A stretch of DNA of 64,000 bases from Azolla caroliniana (lineage: Eukaryota; Plantae; Polypodiophyta): NCBI GenBank assembly GCA_043228905.1, contig JBHGNT010000009.1, positions 13,392,001 to 13,456,000 on the forward strand. The letters are read 5' to 3'. Positions 49,093 to 61,468 of this stretch are shown piece after piece. Position 1 is the first letter of the stretch; each line of letters begins with the position of its first letter. A model generated the notes under the pieces. That model was not told the DNA's origin. It saw only the letters and a list, made by a program, of their open reading frames with translations, and did not search any database. The position numbers and the translations under genes were made by a program.

Positions 49093-49735
49093 TGTTGAGC
49101 GGACAAGCTCAACCGGATCTGGATCAGAGTCTGGAACCAAGAGCAGGATCGGAGAGCCGGATCGTAACCGGTAGGGTGGTAGAGGCCTATGACCCTAGCC
49201 TCGTACGTAGGCATATTTTTGGGAGTCTGTGTCTGATGCGATGTACGAGCATTAAAGTACTTGTCATTCCTTTAAGCAATTGTATAAATAGTGTCGTAAA
49301 GCACAATTTTATGTACAAAGTTTTTTGAGTATTTTTGAAATTGAGTTTTATTGTTCTACTCTAACTCTATCTCTCCCCGTAGTGTATTCAAACTTTCCAT
49401 TAAACTTTAGCTTCTGTGTTCTATTGTTATCTGGTCGAGCCTGTTTTGTCTACACTTTTGCACATTCACTTTTATATGGGATCGGAGCACAAGGGTTGAG
49501 AACCTTTGCTATCGACAAGCGATTTCTATAGATGAACCCTAACACCCAGTAAAGAACAAAGGAATGGCTAGCTCACTTACGATAGAGAAACTCGACAGAA
49601 CCAACTATGCATCTTGGTCGTACAAGATGCGTCGGTACTTGCTCGGGCATGGGTACTGGAGTTATGTCGACGAAGCTAACGATACAATGTCGTGACTTGA
49701 GAATAGGAGAGAGAAAAATAAGATGACAATAGAAG

Positions 49736-49798
<63 letters not shown>

Positions 49799-49934
49799 AC
49801 TAGAAATGGAAAGAGAGTTTATATTATAAGAGAGCAAGGATTACAAAGAGTAGGCTAAGGGGCTACAAACTGGTGTTGAACCAAATGAGTTGTGATGAAT
49901 GAATAGACACCTATTTATAGGTCCTTATGGAGTA

Positions 49935-50052
49935 TTCTAGAATGTTCTAGAATATTTTAGATATTTATGATATTTAATATAATCATGGAATATCCTAGAA
50001 TGTTTTGGAATACTCTAGAATGTTTTGGAATACTCTAGAATGTTCTAGAATA
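49935..50052. promoter_or_regulatory. Heat-shock-element array in the chromovirus LTR (also at 53490-53610 and 58836-58925)
   Basis: Runs of alternating nTTCn/nGAAn (ttctagaatgttctagaa) immediately upstream of the minus-strand TATA at ~49912-49919. Confidence 0.65.
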
Positions 50053-50103
50053 CCCTAAATATCTTGTAATAACTAATAATACATTTATTATAACTATACA
50101 TCA

Positions 50104-50178
50104 TATATGTTAGTATAATGGTTAAAGGTCTAACATATAGACCAAGACGTCTTGGGCTCGAACCCTTGTAAGGCCAAA
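50104..50178 (+). promoter_or_regulatory. tRNA-like A/B-box cassette in the chromovirus LTR (copies at ~53659-53733, 17755-17825 rc, 17838-17905)
   Basis: A box TAGTATAATGG at 50111 and B box GGCTCGAACCC at 50155, 44 nt apart. Confidence 0.65.
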
Positions 50179-53100
50179 ATGTATGTATTCATGACATTAT
50201 CCCCCTTTTTCGACGATGAGTTCCACAACTCGGAAGACAAGATTTCGGACTTGGCGTGTGGGGATATTTGTTGTGAAACGCAACAACCATTTCAGAGGCA
50301 TTAGCAAGATTCTCGAGAGGTTCCCATGTTCGATCATTAGGTGTATAACCTAACCAGTCAACCAAATAATACAGTTTGTTGCGAACGATCTTGGAGTCGA
50401 GAATGGATGCAACTTCATATTTGGAGCAATCCGAAACTTCGATTGGAGGTGGGGGAGATGTAAAACGGCTTGGAATAGAGCTGGTTGTGTATGGCTCCAA
50501 AAGTGAAACATGGAAGACTGGGTGAAGATGCATATGAGGAGGAAGATCAAGGCAAAATGCCACATGATTGATCTTACCAGATATCACAAATGGGCCAAAA
50601 CATTGATAATCCAATTTGTAGCAAGGTCGGGTTGTTTTAATGTGACCTTATAAAAGCCATACTCGATCTCCCACTTGAAACGTAGTCGATGAATCACGTC
50701 GATGACGGTCGGAAACCTTCTTTTGAGTGTTTTGAGCATCACATAAATGATGCAAAAGGATATCTTGAACTTCTTGGAGTTGGGTGAGCCGATCTTCAGT
50801 AGCCGGGTTTGTTGGGAGTTTAGGATGCTCAAGCATAGTCCAACGAGGATGGTACCCAATGTTTGCAAAAAATGGGGAATATCCAGTAGAAGAATGTTCT
50901 GAGTTGTTGTAAGCAAATTCCGCCAAATGTAATATATCAACCCAATCATCTTGTTGATAGTTGACAAAACAACGTAGATATTGTTCGACTATTTGGTTGG
51001 TGCGCTCACTCTGTCTGTTAGTTTCTGGATAGTAGCTGGAAGAGAGTTTGCAAGAAGTATGTAAGAGTTTGAGATGAACTGGGGACCCCGATCACTGATA
51101 ATATCATCAGGAAAACCATGATGCCGAAACACCTCTCGCATGAGTAACTCGATTGTCTCTTGGCTCGTAATGGCCTTTGTGCAGGGAAGGAAATGTGCCA
51201 TCTTGGTAAAACGATCTACTACCGTCAGAATAGAATCAAAACCCTTGGAAGGTGGTAGATTCGTAATGAAGTCCAATGAAATAGATTTCCATGGACTCTC
51301 AAGAATAGGCATTGGCTGTAATAAGCCATATGGATGATGTTGAGGTTTTTTGGATCGGCAACATGTATCACAACTACGAACATAATCCGTAACAAAATGG
51401 CGAAGTCGTGGCCACCAATACCTTCGAGAAATTAATGCCAAAGTCTTGTGGATGCCGAAATATCCAGCCATTGGTGTGTCATGACATTGTTGCAAGACTT
51501 GTAGTCGAGAAGGACCGTCAGGCACATATAAGAGATTTTGTCGAAAAAGTAAACCATCATGCCAATTGAACTGGTTGTAGTCTTGACGAGGATTTTGAGA
51601 TTGTGAACAAGAAGCACGATCTGGGATAATATGGTTCAGAATATCTTGGGCGAATTCAATAGTCTCAATATGCTCCCAAATGGAGTCCGGAAGACTTGAA
51701 TCCCTGGTTACGACTGAAGACTCGAGCAATTTGGAAGTACGTTAGATTTTTGTGATCATTATAGACAATGATTTGTTGAGATGAACCCTCCAAAAAATGA
51801 CGCCATTGTTGAAAAGAATCCACAATGGCAAGAATCTCTTTGTCATGAATCTCATAGTTGATTTCTGCAGCTTTGAATTTCTGTGAATGAAAAGCCACAG
51901 GGTGCAATTGGCCATCATTGCTAATCTGGGATAATATGCTTCCTAGTGCGAAGTCGGATGCATCGGCTTCGAGTATAAAGCGCTTCAATGGATCAACATG
52001 CATCAAAATTGGTGCGGATGTAAATGCTTTATTTAATCCTTCAAATGCAGAGTTTGCATTTATACTCCACACAAATGGTCGATTCTTTTGTGTCAGTTGA
52101 GTGAGGGGCAATACGATCTTTGAATAATCTTTGATGAACTTGAGATAAAAGTTTGCGAACCCTAAAAAGCATTGTACATCTCGCACAGAGTGTGGTGTTT
52201 GCCAATCCAAAATTGTTTGAAACTTTGTTGGATCCATAGAGATGCCATGTGAAGAGACTATGTACCCCAAAAATTCCACTTGATGCTGGTCGAAACTGCA
52301 CTTCTCCAATTTTGCATAGAGACCACATTCACGCAACTATTGCAAAGCTTGTCGAATATGTATATCATGATCCTCTTGAGTTTTTGAGTAGATCAAGATA
52401 TCATCCAAGTAAATTATGACGAAAATATCAAGGAAATCTTGAAAAATGTCATTCGCCATATGTTGGAAAATTGTTGGTGCATTCGTGAGATCAAATGGCA
52501 TCACTATATACTTAAATGGCCATAGTGAGTATGGAAAGTAGTCTTCCATTCATCCCCAGGACGCATTCGAAAAAGATTGTAAGCACCTCAAAGATCTAAC
52601 TTTGTGAAATACTTAGCTCCATTGAGGCGTTCTAGAAGGCTCGAAATCAATGGTACAACATATCGGTTTTGAATAGTTACTTTATTCAATCCTCGATAAT
52701 CCATGACCAAACAAAGCGAACCATCTTTCTTCTTAACGAAAAATATGGGTGCGTTGGCAGGAGATCTTGAATGTTGGATAAACCCATTCGCCATGTTCTC
52801 ATCGATATATTCCCAAAGAACCTCTAACTCCCATGGGTGAAAGGTTATAAATTGGCCCCCATGGAGGCTCTTTTCCGGGTTGCAAATCAATCGGGCAATC
52901 ATATGGTCGATGCTCTGGTAGTCTATTGGTCTTCACCTTATCAAACACATCGGAGAATTCTATATATTTCTTCGGTAGTTGGGCCCCCGATTCTTGTGAG
53001 CTCGATGTGGGAGTTGCTAAAACTGCGAACACCAACATGTCTTCCTTCCATCCTTCCTTGCGTAACTGATGTATAGAGATTGTTGAAATCTTTTGGAATG

Positions 53101-56073
53101 TCATATCCTTTGTTGGAGTTTTATGAGGCTCAAAATGTATTGTGACCTCTTCAATGATTCTTTTTCTCCAATCAATAGTTGGTTTATGTAGCTCAAGCCA
53201 TGGAAGACCAAGAACTAGGGAGTGCTCTGGACTAGTAATGATGTTGAATGAGATGACACTAGCCAAATTGCCTAGGACTACATGAATTGGTTTAGACTCT
53301 TCAACTATATCACCTGATACTATGGGGCATCCATCAATGACTCTGACAGACATTGGGCTTGCAAGCTTAGGCAACTGAATATTACGCATTACAGCAAACA
53401 CATTATCCATGAAACAAGAGTTGGCTCCAGAGTCTAAGAGGGCAGAAGCTGGGACTCGATGGCACCTATTTATAGGTCCTTATGGAGTATTCTAGAATGT
53501 TCTAGAATATTTTAGATATTTATGATATTTAATATAATCATGGAATATCCTAGAATGTTCTGGAATACTCTAGAATGTTTTGGAATACTCTAGAATGTTC
53601 TAGAATACTCTAAATATCTTGTAATAACTAATAATACATTTATTATAACTATACATCATATACGCTAGTATAATGGTTAAAGGTCTAACATATAGACCAA
53701 GACTTCTTGGGCTCGAACCCTTGTAAGGCCAAAATGTATGTATTCATGACATACAACACCCGATGCGGCACACAAGAACTTTCTGGCTTGGGAACAAGCG
53801 GCAAGCTGGGTGATGTATTGCTTTGTATCTAGTGTCGGCGATCAGCTGTTGAGCCATATCCGGGATGCCAAGACGCTTCAAACCACATGACAAACCATAT
53901 AATCTAGAATGTTCTAGAATACTCTAAATATCTTGTAATAACTAATAATACATTTATTATAACTATACATCATATACTATAACATATAGACCAACACTTC
54001 TTGGGCTCGAATCATACAACACTTGATGCGGCACACAATAACTTTCTGGCTTGGGAACAAGTGGCAAGCTGGGTGATGTATTGCTTTGTATCCAGTGTCG
54101 GCGATAAGCTGTTGAGCCATATCTAGGATGCCAAGACGCTTCAAACCACATGACAAACCATAAAGAGTGGTTCTCCTTTCTCGAGAAACCAGAGAAGCTA
54201 GGGGTGGTCGAAACCGATCACAACACCCCGCATCCCATTGGGCATATTGGGGATGTCCCGTTGAGCCATGTCGGCCAAAAGGGAATCATCAAGAACGTCC
54301 TGCATGTATCGACAATAACCAAGAACTTGGTGTCAATCGGCTAGATCGTGGATCAAGGAATGCAAGTCTAGTTCACTCACCACGGATGCTTCATCAAGGA
54401 GGATGGCCGTATCATAACACAAGGGCACCAGGATGGAAGAATGTTCATCCTCGAAACCACGATCTCGGCACCGCTATGTTCATGAAAGGACAGAAGGTTG
54501 AATTGGACATCAACCTGTGGCATAAGCGGATCGGCCACATCAACTTCTGGAAGCTTTAGGAAATGCAGTCAAAACATGTTGTTTTCTGGACTACCAAAGG
54601 TCAGTGGCCAGAAAGGCCAAATATATGAAGTTTCTCAGCTCGGGAAGCAACATAGGCCTCCATTCCCCAATGAGAAGAATCGAAGTTGGAATCAGCTAGA
54701 TATTATCCATTTGGATGTGTGGGGACCGACACAAAATGTGAGCATCGATGACAGTCGATATTTCGTCTCCTTCATCAACGATTTCAGCCGACACAACTAG
54801 ATCTATTTGATTGAGAAAAAGAGCGAAGTCTTTACGTGTTTCTGGAACCTAAAGAGTCATGTCGAACGAGAAATGGGAAGAAAGATCAAGTTTCTAAGAT
54901 CCGATGGCAGAAAGGAATATTTTTTAGGCCAGTTCACAAGTTATCTGTAGACCAAGGGAATTCACCGAGAGTTCTCCTGTAGATACACGGCCGAGCTTAA
55001 ATGCGTGGCCGAACGTCGGACTCAGACGTTGGTAGAAGCGGCGAGGGCAATGCTAGAGGAGAAGAGCATGCCCTAGATTTATTGGGCCGAAGCAATTTGG
55101 ACAACCGTCTACATACAGAATCAAATTTCTGCCTCAGGAACGAAGTTGTCGCCACACAAACTATATTTCGAGCGGAACCCGAACTTGGCACACCTTTGGG
55201 TATTCGTCAACATTCCATATGTGCATGTGTCAAATGAGAAGCTAAAGAAGCTTGACGCCAAAGTTGAGAAGTGTATCTTCGTTGGCTACTCCGAAGAGCA
55301 GAAGGGGTACAAGTGTTACAACCCCTGTTCAAAGCAAGTCCGAGTTAGTCATGATGTCATTTTTGAGGAATCAACATCTTGGTACTTCTCATCACCTGAA
55401 CCCGAGTCAACTGGTGAAGATGATGTGATAGATTCTGGAATAGAGGGAAGCATAGCAGAATCTGAACAACCGGATAGTCTGACTTCCCTCTGGATCAATG
55501 GACCGAATACAGACTAGTTGAGATGGAGTGGTCAACCTGATGACGAGCCGACGAGTAGCGACGACTTGGTTGTGCTCTCCCCGCGCAAGGAACTGAGGAG
55601 ACGGTTCACATGCAAAAAGAAATGGAAGAAGAAGATCCTGGAATATGACACCGACAGAGACGAGTCTGATCAGAGTGAATCCAACTCGGGGAAGCAAGAA
55701 GATTGACCTCTGGAGAAGAGGTCGGAGTTGGCTAAGAGGGCCATCAAATCCGTAGAGAAGAAATTGCGATGATCCACCCGCCAGAAGCACCCTGTAGTTC
55801 GGTACGAGTATAACAATTATATGGCGCATCATTATGCGTACATGGTGAAGGTGGCAGTCGTGCGCGAGCCGGAGAGCTACGCAGAAGCGACTAAGGATCC
55901 TAACTCGCAAAAGGCCATGGAGGAAAAGATGCACGTGCTCATGGAAAATGAGAAGTGGGACATGGTTGATGTACCGAAAGGACTAAAGTTGATTGGTTGC
56001 CGGTGGGTGTGTAAAGTCAAATGCAATGCCAATGGCTCTGTTAATCAGTATAAGGCCCAATTGGTGGTAACGG

Positions 56074-56933
56074 TGTAGTGCCTTTCGGCTCCGGATCGTT
56101 GCGTGAGTCGGGTGGGAACCACAGAGGTCTTGGACTAGGAGAAAGAAGTTCTTGAGATAGAGATTAATTATGAGTAAATAGCAAAGAGAAAGATAAGAAA
56201 CTCGTGAATCACACGAGTATACTATATTAATTGGTACTTAGGGTGTTAAGAGAGAAGTAGACGTATAAATCGTGAATCCCACGAATAATTTTTGTATTGA
56301 TTAATACTTAATCCAAATAATCAACAACCCTTTACATATTTCTCTCCTCCTTATATAAGGAAGGAAGAGCTAAGCATGGCTTCATGCTTTTTTTTTTATT
56401 TTTACAAAAAGTGTTCATGTCCACTAAATGTGCATGTGATGCTTTTTTATTTCCTAAGTATAGGGCTCATGCACGCTAGATGTGCATGAGTTATTTTTAG
56501 TGTCTCGCGTTTTTCTTTTTCATATATTAAAAAAATACACGATTTACCTTTTAATAAAGGTATGCATAAATAAAGGTCTTATACATATTAAATCTATATT
56601 TAAAACACTTAAGATAATTTAATGTAATGGTAAGGTTGGGGTTTGTCAACGTGGAGGTGCAGAGTTCGAATCACGCCCTGCGCAGTAGTGAGTATTTCCT
56701 TTTTTTACATTTATGTCTCTATGCCGTTTTTCCTCCTTGCCGGTATGCCGTTTTCTTCCTTGCCGGTATGCCGTTTTTCCTCCTTGCCGGTATGCCGTTT
56801 TCTTCCTTGCCGGTATGCCGTTTTTCCTCCTTGCCGGTATGCCGTTTTCTTCCGGTTCTCACCGAGCACTCCATTCTCTATCCGGAGGGACAAAAATATA
56901 ATTTCCACATAGTGTGCAACCTACACTACGACA
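56074..56933 (-). mobile_element. Solo LTR inserted in the copia RT
   Basis: TG..CA termini and TSD (A)ACGG; removing it restores LVVTGYAQ. TATA at ~56352 and 19/20-bp tandem repeats at 56720-56855. Confidence 0.88.
56613..56688 (+). promoter_or_regulatory. tRNA-like A/B-box cassette inside an LTR
   Basis: A box TAATGTAATGG(TAAGG) at 56620 and B box AGTTCGAATC at 56663, 43 nt apart. Confidence 0.6.
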
Positions 56934-58664
56934 ACGGGCTATGCCCAACAACACAACATCAACTACGATGAAACGTTCACGCTGGTCGCAAAGATGATGA
57001 CCGTCTATGTCTTGCTTGCGGTGGCAGAGGCAAAGGGGTGGCACCTACATCAAATGGATGTAAAGAACACATTCCTACAAGGCGATCTTGAGGAACAAGT
57101 GTATATGATCCAACCCCCTGGATTTTAGTCTGGAATGGACTTGTCGGTTGTTGGCTGACTACAGAAGTCCCTATATGGAATCAAGCAGGCCCCACGAGCA
57201 TGGAACACAAAAATCATGCAGAGACTGCGTTGGATGGGGTTTGCATCATCAAAATTAGACTCTTCACTCTTCATCCGACAGGGTTGGTAAGCATTTTGCT
57301 TTATGTGGATGATCTTGTCATCGTTGGCGCCAACCAAGATGGAATCGACTGCGTCAAGTCTGAACTCATGGCATCGTTTGAAATGAAGGATCTCGATGAC
57401 CTTCATTACTTCCTAGGAATCGAAGTGATTCGCACCCAGGAAGGCATTCTAAATAGTCAATGCCATTATGTGTTCAATATGCTCTTCAAATTCGGCATGA
57501 CGGAATGTAAATCCTTCTCGACTCCTCTAGAACAAAATGTTACACTTCACCAAGGGTCGGGAGCAACTTGCAATGCAACACGGTTACGGTAGATAGTCGA
57601 GAGCCTTATGTATCTGACGATCACTCGACTAGAACTCGGTTATCCGGTCGGATTGATTAGTCAATTTATGTCGCAGTCGATCGTCGAAAACCTTCTCTGC
57701 GTGTAGAGGATCATGCGATATGTAAGTGGCACTAAGGATTGGGCATGCAACAAAGGTCAAGGAAGAGATTGACAAGCTTCTCCGGGTCGGATTTATCCGA
57801 CCGGTAAAGCAGGAAACCTGGCTAAGCCCGATAGTGGTTGTCCCGAAGAAGAACGGCAAGATCCGGGTATGTGTGGACTACCGGAAACTAAATGCCGCAA
57901 CAGTGACCGATGCGTTTCCATTACCATTTACGGACGGGGTACTAGATGCGGTGGCTGGCCATGAAGTCTACAACTTCCTGGATGGATTCAGTGGCTACAA
58001 TCAAATCCGAATGAACCCAGCCGACCAGGAGAAAACGACGTTCGTCATGGAATGGGGAGTGTTCGTAGCAGTCGTAATGATGTTCGGATTAAAGACAGCC
58101 CCAACGACATTTCAACGTATAATAAGGGAAATCTTCGGGGAATATATTCCCGGTTTTATGCAGGTCTTCCTTGATGATTTCGCGGTCTACAACCGGCATG
58201 GGGAGCATCTCGATCACCTGCGGCTGTGCCTAGAGAAGTGCCGCGAGTACCAGTTAAGTTTGAATCCGGCCAAGTGTGTCTTTGGAGTGGAAAGCGGCAA
58301 CTTATTAGGACACGTGGTGAGTAAGGAAGGAATCGCGGTGGATCCGGACAAAGTGAAAGCGATCCTCGAGGCACCGGCTCCAAATAACGCAAAAGCCTTA
58401 AGTCGGTTCCTGGGCCAAATAAGGTGGCATAGCCGAATGATACGGCACCTCGCAGATTTTGCCACACCATTACATGCCGCCGTACACAGAGTACCCTTCC
58501 AATGGGCGGAGACCGAGGAAAAAGCCTACCAAGCGTTAAAGGTTATGCTATCGCAAGCCCCGGTAGTTCAACCGCCGGATTGGAGCAAAAGCTTTCACGT
58601 ATTCGTTGACGCATCGGACGTGGCAATTGGCAGCGTCCTAATGCAACTCACAGAACCGAAATGG

Positions 58665-59072
58665 TGCCAGAACCAAGGATAAAAGATAGAGTGATGGAAG
58701 AAGGATAGAGAAGAATGGATGTATAAGATAGAGAAAGAAAGAGAATGGATACAAGATATGTAATGAGAGCTAAAGACTGGTGTTGATTCGAATTGATTTG
58801 AGAATACATGTATGCGCTTATTTATAGGTTCCTATAGAATAGCTTAGAGATTTCTAGAATGTTCTAGAATGTTCTAGACCTAGAATGCTCTAGGACATTC
58901 TAGAACATTCTAGAATAATCTAGAGTTTTACAATAATCAATGTAATACAAGAAGTAGCTTTTATTGTTTCATATAACAATAAGCTATCTTAATGGTTGAG
59001 GTTTTCAAGTATGAATTACAAGGTTCGAGGTTCAAGTCCGGGTGACGCCATAATGGTCATGTGTTCATGACA
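58665..59072 (-). mobile_element. Solo LTR related to the chromovirus LTR, inserted in the gypsy RNase H
   Basis: TG...TTCATGACA termini and TSD AATGG (58660-64 / 59073-77). Same layout as 49688-50196 but different sequence. Confidence 0.92.
58978..59050 (+). promoter_or_regulatory. tRNA-like A/B-box cassette inside an LTR
   Basis: A box TATCTTAATGG at 58985 and consensus B box GGTTCAAGTCC at 59029, 44 nt apart. Confidence 0.65.
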
Positions 59073-60929
59073 AATGGTACCGACCGGTCTACTACGCAAG
59101 CCGGAAACTCTCGAAAGCAGAATGAAACTACTCTACGACAAGAACGAGAGGCCTTGGGGATGGTGTATAGTGTCACCAAGTACAGACACTATTTGCTCGG
59201 AAGGAAGTTCTCCTTCCATGTGGATCATTCGGCACTACTCTACCTGGTATCGAAGGCATCCTTGACCGGAAAAATCGCACGGTGGACATTGCTGTTACAA
59301 GAATTCGAATTCGACATCTTCCACCGACCCGGGGTGCAGCATGCGGTAGCTGACTACCTAAGCAGACTCGAATCTGGGGAAGTAGGGGACGGCGTATAGG
59401 ATGAGTTCCCCGACGCCGAGCTGTTCCGGATCACGACGGAACCGGCCACGGATGCAACAGTCGCCGACGAAGACAAGTGGCTAACCGAAATGCATCAGTT
59501 CCTGAGCACCGGAGTACCCCCCGAGAACATGGATCGCGATGAGAGGAAGAGGGTAGCCGTGAGAAGCAGACACTTCTGCTTGGTTGGAGACACCCTCTAT
59601 CACAAGGGGGCAGATGGCATTTGGAGACGAACGGTGCGGGGTGACGAGAAGGATCTGATCCTGAGGGAAGCCCACTGTGGAATAGCCGGAGGGCATTATG
59701 CCGGCGAAACAACCGCTCGGAAGATATGGCAGAGCGGACTATGGTGGCCCACCACTCTAAAAGATGCCATGAAGTATAGCAGGGAATGCGATTTATGCCA
59801 ACGACTGGGCCAACCCACGGAGCAGGCCCGGATGCCATACCACCCGGTCTTGCCCTTAGAACCGTTTCAAAAGTGGGGTTTGGACTTTGTCGGTCCCTTT
59901 AAGCGCCCGGCCATGAGAACCGGAAATCGGTATAGCATAGTGGCGACCGATTATTGCACCAAATGGGTGGAGGCGAAGGCGTTACGGGACAACACGGCCG
60001 CTTCCACTGCGAAGTTCCTGTATGAATGCATATGGTGCCGGTATGGCTGCCCGATCGAGCTAATAAGTGACCAAGGAGGGCACTTTCTTGGGCAGGTAGT
60101 GGAAAGCCTGACGTCATTTTATGCGGTAGTACACAAACGGAGCACTCCTTACTACCCGCAAGCCAACGGACTAGCGGAGTCAACGAATAAAACTTTGCAA
60201 AACATCCTGCGGAAGATCGTCAACGAGAACCGAACCGATTGGGATACGAAACTGCAGAGTGCACTTTGGGCGTACCGAACAACGTATAAAACCAGCATCC
60301 GGACAACCCCGTTCCGACTAGCATTCGACTTAGAAGTGGTCATGCCGGTTGAATTCCAGATTCCCAGCTTACGGATCCAGGTAAAGGAACGCTTAAGTGA
60401 GAAAGAGTCCGAACGAATCCAGCTGGCAACGCTATTAGAATTAGAGGAAAACCGGATAGCCAGTTTACTGCAGCTGGAACTAGAGCAAAGGAGAAGGAAG
60501 GCGTTCGTGGACCGACACCGGCGGGGCAACGAAAAGGAGTTTGAAGTCGGGAAACCGGTATTACTATTCCAGACACGGATGGGGAACATGCCAGGAAAAT
60601 TGCGATTTCGGTGGACCGGACCGTTCTAGATAACCAAGGAGTACAATGGGTCGTATCAGCTCGGTACATTGTTAGGAGAAGTCATTGGTAAATGGGCAAA
60701 TGGGTTCCGGCTAAAGCCTTTTAAAGGACATATGCCAGCCAACCCGTTCAAGCAAGACCCGAAGATCCGGCACGAGGAGGAACCGACACCGACAGAAACT
60801 GCTCCGAAAGTCCAACGGGAGGAGGAACTGACACCGACAAAAACTACCCCGGAGAACCGGCATGAGGAGATCCCGGCACCGGTGAGAACTGACCCGGACA
60901 AACCGGGTGCAGTTGACAAATGACGTGAT

Positions 60930-61075
<146 letters not shown>

Positions 61076-61468
61076 CGATCAATCTATAATGATGACTAGG
61101 GAGATTGCAAGAGGTGGGAGCACCGCCAATCAATGAAGCGGGGCCATTTAGTAAATAAGGACGCGCGGGTACTTGCTATTTAAGGTAGAGAACGTGGGCA
61201 AGGACCTGCTATTTACAGCGGAGACACCGACGTACGAGGAGAGATGCACGCGTGGGAATCAAGAAAGGACTTGCTATCTATGACGAGAGATATGCATGCG
61301 CGGGAATCGAAAAAGGACGGCTTGAGGAAAACGCAGCTACAAAAGGCACAGGCCTATGAAGGACTCATGTTTTACGAATTTTCACAGGCGCAGAAGCACA
61401 GAAGAGCAATTCGATGCACAGAGTATACACACCCCGATCAACAGGCACCGGAAGAAGGATCAGAACCC

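Larger units (their letters stand above)
49688..53751 (-). mobile_element. Chromovirus Ty3/gypsy with gag deleted
   Basis: TSD TACAA (49683-87 / 53752-56), 3' LTR 49688-50196, truncated 5' LTR ~53463-53751. Protease LLDSGANS, RT IYLDDILI, RNase H EADASDFALG, integrase, chromodomain, PPT. Confidence 0.95.
49093..57745 (+). mobile_element. Ty1/copia family A element, 3'-truncated, with nested insertions
   Basis: 5' LTR 49093-~49476, PBS tgggatcggagc, gag ATG at 49564. Protease/integrase 54150-55400, RT 55821-56073 and 56938-57745. Fused to a gypsy RT at ~57745. Confidence 0.88.

Noticed and set aside
50104-50178. Genuine tRNA genes at the A/B-box cassettes
   Set aside because: Acceptor and anticodon stems do not pair convincingly, so they are reported only as tRNA-like promoter cassettes.
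57726-58682. Copia-gypsy hybrid RT protein
   Set aside because: Only a few codons come from the copia, in a different frame; this is a deletion or recombination breakpoint at ~57745.
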